Origin: Candidatus Heimdallarchaeota archaeon
GTDB lineage: Archaea; Asgardarchaeota; Heimdallarchaeia; Heimdallarchaeales; Kariarchaeaceae
DNA: 32,000 nt
NCBI GenBank assembly: GCA_030149205.1
Contig: JASBSB010000001.1
Span: 780,001 to 812,000, forward strand
Reading direction: 5' to 3'
The notes beneath the pieces are model-generated. The model saw only the letters and a program-made list of their open reading frames with translations. It had not been told where the DNA came from and searched no databases. The position numbers and the translations under genes were made by a program. Of this stretch, positions 25,281 to 32,000 are shown one piece after another (position 1 is the first letter of the stretch; each line of letters starts with the position of its first letter).

Positions 25281-26239
25281 TGGCTGAAAGAAATCAAAAA
25301 ATTAATCCAGAGTTTTTTCAAAGTGACAGAAATCTAAGGTTCAGACTGTTTAAAGATAAATTGATGTTCTATGTTACAGGACTCTGCCTGCTATTAATTC
25401 TTGTTCCTATCTTTGGAATATTATTTGAGGTCTTTATCAATGGAATCATCGGATTTACTCCAGATGTATTTACAAAAGCAGGGGGCTCCCCACTTGATCC
25501 AAACACTGGTTTACTACATGCTATGATGGGGACATTTTATGTCAGTGTGATTGCCTCATTCTTCGGGATTCCTCTGGGAATTATTACTGGGATATATTTA
25601 GAGTATTATGGAAAAGGGTTTTTCAGTAATATACTAAGAGTTGGAATAGACTCAATGGTTGCTATACCAACCATAATTACAGGAATTGTAGTTTTTGCCC
25701 TAATAGTTTTGTCCATGGGATCATTTTCGGTGTTAGCTGGTGGGATTGCACTTGCTTTTATCATGATTCCAATTATTGCCAAAACAACAGAGGAGATGAT
25801 AAGATTGGTTCCTCAGCTCTACGATGAGGCAGGATACGCGTTAGGGCTATCAGAATCTCAAACTGCATTTTCAATTGTTATACCATTAGCATCACGTGGG
25901 ATTGCTTCCGGAGTACTATTAGCATTTGCGAGAATAATAGGTGAGACTGCACCATTGTTGTTTACTGCATTTTTCAGTCAATCTGTCCCAAATAACATTT
26001 TAGACGTTTCAGCCACCTTAACAGTGCTGATATATCAATACGGTATTTCACCATTTGAGGCTTGGAACAGACTGGCTTGGGTGGCTGCACTACTATTGAT
26101 GTTAATGAACCTCGGTGTGATTTTTATTACTAGAGTAATTTTTAGTGAAAATGGTGTTCGACCATGGACAAGAATAGCTGAAATAATTAAAATCGCCTTT
26201 GGAGGCGTTATCGGTGAAGAATCAGCGAAAGAGGAGTGA
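25280..26239 (+). CDS. pstA: Phosphate ABC transporter permease PstA
   Basis: HAMMGT, IPTIITG, EAGYALG, LAFARIIGETAPLLFT, AWVAALLL. Confidence 0.96.
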   Translation: MAERNQKINPEFFQSDRNLRFRLFKDKLMFYVTGLCLLLILVPIFGILFEVFINGIIGFTPDVFTKAGGSPLDPNTGLLHAMMGTFYVSVIASFFGIPLGIITGIYLEYYGKGFFSNILRVGIDSMVAIPTIITGIVVFALIVLSMGSFSVLAGGIALAFIMIPIIAKTTEEMIRLVPQLYDEAGYALGLSESQTAFSIVIPLASRGIASGVLLAFARIIGETAPLLFTAFFSQSVPNNILDVSATLTVLIYQYGISPFEAWNRLAWVAALLLMLMNLGVIFITRVIFSENGVRPWTRIAEIIKIAFGGVIGEESAKEE

Positions 26240-26245
26240 AAAGTT

Positions 26246-27064
26246 ATGTCAGAAATTAAAATAGATTCAAGTGTCTTTTCAGAAAAAAAATCTTCGAACA
26301 AAGGCAATATAAAATTACAGGTGGAAGATTTAAAAGCATTTTATGGAAAAAAAGAAGTGCTTCATGGGATAAGTGCAGATTTTGTGGAAAATGAGATCAC
26401 TGCAATTATTGGACCTTCAGGCTGTGGAAAATCTACCTTTATCAGGACTATAAACAGATTGCACGAGCTAACCAGAGGAGCAAAAATTGAAGGAAAAATA
26501 GTTCTTGATGGATATGATATCTATGACCCATCTGCAAACCCAGTTCTAGTCAGGAGAAAGATTGGTATGGTGTTTCAAAAGCCAAATCCATTCCCAAATA
26601 TGTCAATTTATAACAATGTAGTTGCTGGTCTAAAGCTACAAGGCCATTCTAATGGAACTGAGTTGGATGAGATAGTGAACACAACTTTGGAAAAGGTGGG
26701 GTTATTGGAAGAGGTTGAGGAAGATCTGCATAGGAAAAAAGGCACTGATCTTTCAGGAGGGCAACAGCAGAGACTTTGTATTGCCAGAGCGATAGCTGTC
26801 AGACCTGACATTATACTTATGGATGAACCGACAGCCTCATTAGATCCTTCTTCTACACTTATAATAGAGGATTTAATGAAAGACCTGTCTAAGGATTTCA
26901 CTGTGATTGCAGTAACACACAATATGCAACAGGCGGCAAGGGTATCAGACAAGACCATGTTTTTATTTAATGGCGATCTGATAGAGTTTGGTGCCACAAG
27001 AAAGCTCTTTGAAAAGCCAGATAATCATTTAACAGAGCAATACATAACTGGGAGGTTTGGTTAG
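26246..27064 (+). CDS. pstB: Phosphate ABC transporter ATP-binding protein PstB
   Basis: GPSGCGKST, GMVFQKPNPFP, LSGGQQQRLCIARA, MDEPT, VTHNMQQAARVSD, YITGRFG. Confidence 0.98.
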   Translation: MSEIKIDSSVFSEKKSSNKGNIKLQVEDLKAFYGKKEVLHGISADFVENEITAIIGPSGCGKSTFIRTINRLHELTRGAKIEGKIVLDGYDIYDPSANPVLVRRKIGMVFQKPNPFPNMSIYNNVVAGLKLQGHSNGTELDEIVNTTLEKVGLLEEVEEDLHRKKGTDLSGGQQQRLCIARAIAVRPDIILMDEPTASLDPSSTLIIEDLMKDLSKDFTVIAVTHNMQQAARVSDKTMFLFNGDLIEFGATRKLFEKPDNHLTEQYITGRFG

Positions 27065-27709
27065 ATGGTAAGAAGAGATTATGCTGTTAAACTTGACAAG
27101 ATCAAGGATATTCTACTTGAACTGTTAGGAAATGTCGAGGAAATGGTAGAATATTTATTCAAATCAATTGAAACTGATCAGAATTTGGTATCAGTTTCAA
27201 CAGAACTAGATAAACGAGTCAGATTAAGAACTAAAGACCTTCTAGATCTTTGTACTGAGGTAGTAACACTACAGCAACCCATGGCATCTGATGTGAGACT
27301 TATAATTTCTGCAATCAGGATTAAGACAGACCTAGAGAGGAGTGTGAGAGACTCTCTTCACATTATTGAATTAGCAACCTCACTTAAGCAACTCGATAAA
27401 TATATCAAACAGTTGGAAGGAACCAAGGAAGTTCTTTTGTCAATGATTGAGATCCTGAAGAAATCCTTAAAATCGGGAGACCCCAAAATCCTTCTTCAAT
27501 TGAACGATAAAGATGAGATCATAGATCAGTTCTATGCTGAACTAAACTCCGCAATTAGAATAGACATCCAGCAAAGTCCAGTTAAGGCATTAGAAATGGT
27601 AGATTATCTTCTCAGTATTAGAATGATTGAGAGGATAGGAGACCACCTCTGTAATATCGCAGAGAAGATATACTACATACATACAGCAGAAATTATTCGA
27701 ATTGCCTAA
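27065..27709 (+). CDS. phoU: Phosphate signalling complex protein PhoU (stand-alone)
   Basis: QQPMASDVR.I, TDLERS, DE.IDQ.Y, IERIGDH..NIAE; GGAGGT RBS; ATG abuts the pstB stop. Confidence 0.95.
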   Translation: MVRRDYAVKLDKIKDILLELLGNVEEMVEYLFKSIETDQNLVSVSTELDKRVRLRTKDLLDLCTEVVTLQQPMASDVRLIISAIRIKTDLERSVRDSLHIIELATSLKQLDKYIKQLEGTKEVLLSMIEILKKSLKSGDPKILLQLNDKDEIIDQFYAELNSAIRIDIQQSPVKALEMVDYLLSIRMIERIGDHLCNIAEKIYYIHTAEIIRIA

Positions 27710-27723
27710 TTAAATCAATTACA

Positions 27724-27732
27724 TTTTTTTTT
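27724..27732 (+). terminator. Oligo-T tract, candidate archaeal terminator of the pst operon
   Basis: T9 run 15 nt after the phoU stop. Confidence 0.55.
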
Positions 27733-27773
27733 GTAGCAAATTTTTATAAGTGTCGAAATTTGTATATCTTTTT

Positions 27774-28784
27774 ATGGATAAAAAAGTGGTAATTTTATTT
27801 GCAATTTTAATGATAGGTAATTCTTTTCCTTCTATCTTTGCTCAATCCACATTAACAATAAGGAGTGGAGATATTCATTACATCCAAAGGGGAACAATTA
27901 CAGAATTTAGCAAAATTAATGCGTCGGGAGTTAAGGTAATAGATAACACTGAAATGAACTCTTTGTTGACCAGGGTTGCGGTTCGGCAGTATGACACGGA
28001 TACACAGGGAGTAGTTTATGATTATCAAAATTTTTCACTGATTTTTTCAACAAAGTCTAGCTCATTTGGTGCTACTTTAGGTTCCTCACTTATCAGTCTT
28101 ATTTTTTCATCAAGCAACGGAAAACCTACGTTTTCCTCAATAGCTTCTCCCGTATTCGATAATCTGTATGATTTAAATTTCCCAGCATATTTTGTTACAC
28201 CTGATTGGACTGGTGTTCAACAATCATTTAAGAATAATTTCAAAATAGGGTATCCATTTTTCCCAGACCGCAAATACACTCTAGATTATCTACTCTCTTT
28301 CCCTGGTAATTCTATTTTGTCTGCAACCAGTAATTCAAGCCTCACTAATGTCTTAAACCTGCCTACTAACCACTGGGGATTCAACATATCGTTGTCAGAT
28401 GTCTACCCTAGAACTGTTTATCCTTACCCAGTTAATTCTATCTATAATTTCAAATTGAAACTTAACTACACAGGTGATGGAAAATTAGCTACAGCAACTC
28501 AATCAACCAATCTATTTTATAATCAAGGTGATGCTAACAATTACACTCTCAAAACTACTAGATATGTTGTATTGGATCCTAAATCTTCATCTAATTCCAA
28601 CAGTGGATTTTTTCCAAGTGGATTAAGCGACCTTAATTCTATTGAATCAATGGCCTTATCTGGTCTTGTGGTGTTAAGTCAAATCATAATGATTTCAATA
28701 ATTGTGTATTATTATAGAAAGGTAAGAGTGCTAAAAAGATTAAAGGACTCAAACTCTTATCCGAGTGTTAACTCTCCTGAATAG
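27774..28784 (+). CDS. Exported cell-surface protein with C-terminal TM anchor (distant paralogue of 18512-19519)
   Basis: Signal peptide MDKKVVILFAILMIGNSFPSIFA (ATG 27774, TTTATAA about 25-30 nt upstream); shared motifs with the 18.5-19.5 kb protein; C-terminal helix followed by YYYRKVR. Confidence 0.7.
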   Translation: MDKKVVILFAILMIGNSFPSIFAQSTLTIRSGDIHYIQRGTITEFSKINASGVKVIDNTEMNSLLTRVAVRQYDTDTQGVVYDYQNFSLIFSTKSSSFGATLGSSLISLIFSSSNGKPTFSSIASPVFDNLYDLNFPAYFVTPDWTGVQQSFKNNFKIGYPFFPDRKYTLDYLLSFPGNSILSATSNSSLTNVLNLPTNHWGFNISLSDVYPRTVYPYPVNSIYNFKLKLNYTGDGKLATATQSTNLFYNQGDANNYTLKTTRYVVLDPKSSSNSNSGFFPSGLSDLNSIESMALSGLVVLSQIIMISIIVYYYRKVRVLKRLKDSNSYPSVNSPE

Positions 28785-28858
28785 CCTTGATTTACTCAAA
28801 TTTTTATAATAGAGGATTGAGGGCAATTAATCTATTTTGTAATTCACATTGAAATTAC

Positions 28859-29785
28859 TTAGATTAAGGTAACCCCAATTACCATAAGAAAGAACAGGAG
28901 GCTTAATACTAAAAATGAACCTCCAATTAACTTAGATGATTTTCTCTTACTTATCAAGAAAAGGAAGAGAAAAAAATCCAATAGGAAAATCCCAAGAGAC
29001 AGATTAATTTGTATTGAGGATGTGTAAGTGTGAAGTAATAGTCCAGAAATACCAAAAACAAAGGTCAAATTCCACAGAATTTTCCCAACAACAGTATAAA
29101 TCCCCAATTCAGGCTTCCCTCTTCTGATGGAATGAACAACCAACCAAAGCTCTTCAGCATTTGTCACAGTTCCCAAGATTATAAGTCCAAATAGAGATTC
29201 ATTAATATTGTAGAGTTTAATCAGTTGTTCTGAACTAAATATCATTAGTTCTCCAAAAATTATCAATAATACCATTAAAATAATAAGTAAGAACAATTCC
29301 CGAATATCCATTTGAAGTGGATGTGCTTCCTCATGCTTAATAGTGACCTGAACGTAGAAAACAAAAAGTAATAATGAAATAATTGACACAATAAACAGCA
29401 CCTGACCAAAATACACTCCCAGAGTAAAGAGCAAAACTGCACTAGAAAGGATCCAGAGATAGATTGGCTTAACTTTTTCAAATTTTAATGTCATAAACAG
29501 AGAAGGAATTCCAAGGGAGATTGCCAATGTGACTATAGTGTTGCCAACTAAGTTCCCCATAGAGAGATATGGAAGCCTATTGATAGCAGAGATAATTGAA
29601 GCAAAGGACTCCTCAAAATCGATCCCAAGAATGAGGATTCCCATGAAAACCGCAGTGTAATTGTATTTTTCCATGTGTTCTAATAGCTCATCAATAATTT
29701 TGTCTGCTAAAAAATAAATCCCAATATAGGAAATACCAAATAGAATTAGCCAGAAAAGAGCTTCCATAAATACAAGCGGTAGCAA
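28859..29785 (-). CDS. CaCA superfamily (YrbG/NCX-like) cation/Ca2+ exchanger with non-canonical alpha repeats
   Basis: Two 5-TM halves; alpha-1 LGIDFEE...MGNLVGNT, alpha-2 GTVTNAEE...GIYTVVGKILWN. Start may be ATG 29767. Confidence 0.78.
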   Translation of the reverse strand: MLPLVFMEALFWLILFGISYIGIYFLADKIIDELLEHMEKYNYTAVFMGILILGIDFEESFASIISAINRLPYLSMGNLVGNTIVTLAISLGIPSLFMTLKFEKVKPIYLWILSSAVLLFTLGVYFGQVLFIVSIISLLLFVFYVQVTIKHEEAHPLQMDIRELFLLIILMVLLIIFGELMIFSSEQLIKLYNINESLFGLIILGTVTNAEELWLVVHSIRRGKPELGIYTVVGKILWNLTFVFGISGLLLHTYTSSIQINLSLGIFLLDFFLFLFLISKRKSSKLIGGSFLVLSLLFFLMVIGVTLI

Positions 29786-29923
29786 TGTAATAAAACCAAT
29801 TCGTAATTTTTCTAACTAATTGTTCAGAGTAAGCAATTACAGAATTTAGCAGAATGAATTCAAGCAATTTATTTGCATGTTTTGATAATTCATAAATAAG
29901 AAGAGATTCATGAAAAAGCAAGA

Positions 29924-30601
29924 ATGGAAGGTATAGATAAACTCCAAAACCTTAGCTCAGATGAACTAAGTGTTATATTAGCAATTTATATCCTAGGAAG
30001 TCTTAATCTCAAACAAATCGCTGCTCTTTTAGGGAAAATATCAACAACAACTTTAAACTATGTTAGAACTCTTTTACAGCACGAATATATCCTTCTAGAC
30101 GGAGATAAGAGTACAAGTCGTAGGGGAAAATACTATACCTTAAATCAGATTATAAAACAAACTCTCGATAAAGTATTTCAAACCAATAGAGAAAAGTTTG
30201 AGAAAGAGATCAATAATGTCAACCTCGAGACATTTGAAGAGGTTCAAGATCACATAGTTCAGATTTTAAGAGAAAAGGACAATCAGCTCCTTGCAAGTAC
30301 CTCCCTTTTATTCTCTAATCTAAACCATGCTATTGAAACCATTCAAAACAATCGAATGACTCATTTTATTGAAGATTTAAATAATAACAATACTCCTCGT
30401 TTTCCCCCTACACTCATAAATCTCTTATCAGTAGCAAGGATAAAAATTTCTAACACAAGCCAACTTGCCAAGATCAATGACCTATTGTTGAAATTTCATG
30501 ATGATATTAAAAAGATCGAAGATGACACAGACTCTGGGGCAAGAGAGATCCAAGAGATCTATTTTTATAATTATATTACTTCATTAGATCTTGAAAAATG
30601 A
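29924..30601 (+). CDS. Winged helix-turn-helix transcriptional regulator (ArsR/TrmB/MarR-like N-terminus)
   Basis: ILAIYILGSLNLKQIAALLGKISTTTLNYVRTLLQHEYI followed by the wing RGKYYTL; helical C-terminal domain. Confidence 0.75.
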   Translation: MEGIDKLQNLSSDELSVILAIYILGSLNLKQIAALLGKISTTTLNYVRTLLQHEYILLDGDKSTSRRGKYYTLNQIIKQTLDKVFQTNREKFEKEINNVNLETFEEVQDHIVQILREKDNQLLASTSLLFSNLNHAIETIQNNRMTHFIEDLNNNNTPRFPPTLINLLSVARIKISNTSQLAKINDLLLKFHDDIKKIEDDTDSGAREIQEIYFYNYITSLDLEK

Positions 30602-30659
30602 TTGAAAAATTGCCTAGACCATATCGAACCAATTTAATTACGACGGTCTTGGGTAAGTT

Positions 30660-31127
30660 GTGAATGGAGAAAATCAGGGATTGCTGTTTGTTAAGTCTTT
30701 AATTGGTACCAAGGTTCAAAAACAAAATTCAGAGATTAATGGATGGTTAGATAACAGAATTGTAGATGCAGAGTACGGAAGTGTTAGTTATGAATATGTG
30801 GTGAGAAATGACATGCTAAATCTAAATGGAACTCTTCATGGAGGAATAATGGCTACAATGATAGATGACCTTATGGGACTCACTGTATTTTCTCTTGGAG
30901 AGAGGGCGTTTTTTGCAACTCTAAACTTAACCCTTGATTATTTTGCTCCGATCTCCCTAGGTGAAAAGGTAATAGCTAAATCAAAGGTGATTAAACATGG
31001 GCATAAGGTGATCAATATCGAATGCCATCTAATCAATGAGGATGGAAAGATTGCTCTAAAGTCCTCAAGCAATATGATAAGAACCAGCAAAAAACTATCT
31101 GAAGAATATTTTATCAAAAAAACGTGA
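30660..31127 (+). CDS. PaaI family hotdog-fold acyl-CoA thioesterase
   Basis: NLNGTLHGGIMATMIDD motif; TLNLTLDYFAP. Confidence 0.92.
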   Translation: MNGENQGLLFVKSLIGTKVQKQNSEINGWLDNRIVDAEYGSVSYEYVVRNDMLNLNGTLHGGIMATMIDDLMGLTVFSLGERAFFATLNLTLDYFAPISLGEKVIAKSKVIKHGHKVINIECHLINEDGKIALKSSSNMIRTSKKLSEEYFIKKT

Positions 31128-31185
31128 GTAAACCCATTCCACATTCAGAAAGTAAATAAGATAAACAATCATCCAAGAGCAAGAG

Positions 31186-31947
31186 ATGTCAGATCCACTA
31201 CATCGCTTCTCAAGCAGGGCAACAGATTATAACAAATATCGACCGGATTATCCACCAGCAGCTATTGAGTTTATATTAAAGCAAAGTAGGCTAAATCAAA
31301 ACGACTCAGTCGCAGATGTAGGATCAGGAACTGGTATCCTAACAAAGCACTTTGTTAACAGAGGTATCCAGACATATGCAATAGAACCAAATGATGACAT
31401 GAGAAGGTTTGCAGAGATTTCCCTTTCAGCTAATCCAAATTTTCACTCAATAAAAGGCACCTCCGATAATACAAAACTTGAGGATCAATCTATTAATGCA
31501 ATAACAGTTGCTCAGGCTTTTCACTGGTTTGAGGTAATTAAGACCAAAAATGAGTTCAAAAGAATCTTAAAAGATGGGTCTACTGTCTACCTCTTATGGA
31601 ACTCAAGACGACATGATAAACCAATTTTAATGGATTATGAAAACCTTACTCTGAAGTTTTCTACTGAGTATTCTCACATTAACCACCTGAGGCCAGAGGT
31701 TGAGGAAAACATTGTTAAGCTTTTTGAACCCAACGAAGTGACCTATCTGGAGTTTCCAAACGATCAAGAATTAACCTTTGATGAATTGTTGGGTAGGATC
31801 AGATCATCATCATACATGCTTAATTCGTCTGATAAGAGGTATCCTGAGATGGTTGAAGCATATAAAGCATTTTTTGAAAAATACCAGAAGGATGGGAAAA
31901 TAACCATTCCACACATTACAGATGTTTATTATGGACAGATAGGTTGA
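31186..31947 (+). CDS. Class I SAM-dependent methyltransferase
   Basis: Y.KYRP.YP, motif I VADVGSGTG, AIEPN, AQAFHWF, LLWN.R. Confidence 0.93.
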   Translation: MSDPLHRFSSRATDYNKYRPDYPPAAIEFILKQSRLNQNDSVADVGSGTGILTKHFVNRGIQTYAIEPNDDMRRFAEISLSANPNFHSIKGTSDNTKLEDQSINAITVAQAFHWFEVIKTKNEFKRILKDGSTVYLLWNSRRHDKPILMDYENLTLKFSTEYSHINHLRPEVEENIVKLFEPNEVTYLEFPNDQELTFDELLGRIRSSSYMLNSSDKRYPEMVEAYKAFFEKYQKDGKITIPHITDVYYGQIG

Positions 31948-32000
31948 TTCGGCATTTCAATGATTTTACTATCATCTGAAAAATAAATTTGCCGATTTCA

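Noticed and set aside
26608-26997. 129-aa minus-strand ORF
   Set aside because: Antisense shadow of pstB.
1-32000. tRNA, rRNA, IS elements, integrases, or selenocysteine/pyrrolysine read-through
   Set aside because: No cloverleaf, rRNA-like GC-rich tract, transposase motif or interrupted conserved ORF recognised by eye; tRNAscan-SE and Infernal would be needed to exclude small RNAs.

Overview
AT-rich (roughly one-third GC by eye), gene-dense archaeal chromosomal window. An Asgard, probably Heimdallarchaeia-like, origin is inferred from the 7TM-longin fusion proteins, the archaeal AbrB-PhoU regulator, TATA boxes about 25-30 nt upstream of first genes, GGAGG/GGTGA RBSs on internal operon genes and an oligo-T terminator. 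Contents in order: glyoxylate shunt (5'-truncated malate synthase, isocitrate lyase); a detox/housekeeping patch (VOC, GNAT, PIG-L deacetylase, MFS pump); a 1348-aa exported protein with two nuclease-type domains (PLD and EEP) bracketed by duplicated lamin-tail domains; a tail-to-tail pair of paralogous 7TM proteins with C-terminal longin-like domains; a GT-C glycosyltransferase; orphan membrane proteins; two distant paralogues of a glycosylated surface-protein family; a FetAB/STAR-type ABC transporter; AbrB-PhoU divergent from pstSCAB-phoU with a ~10-bp tandem repeat array between the two promoters; a CaCA exchanger with altered alpha-repeats; a wHTH regulator, a PaaI thioesterase and a SAM methyltransferase. 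Two micro-ORFs absent from the ORF track, and a third hidden inside a longer over-called ORF, were found by reading intergenic DNA. No rRNA, tRNA, CRISPR array, transposase or integrase was recognised. All family calls rest on motif recognition, not database searches.
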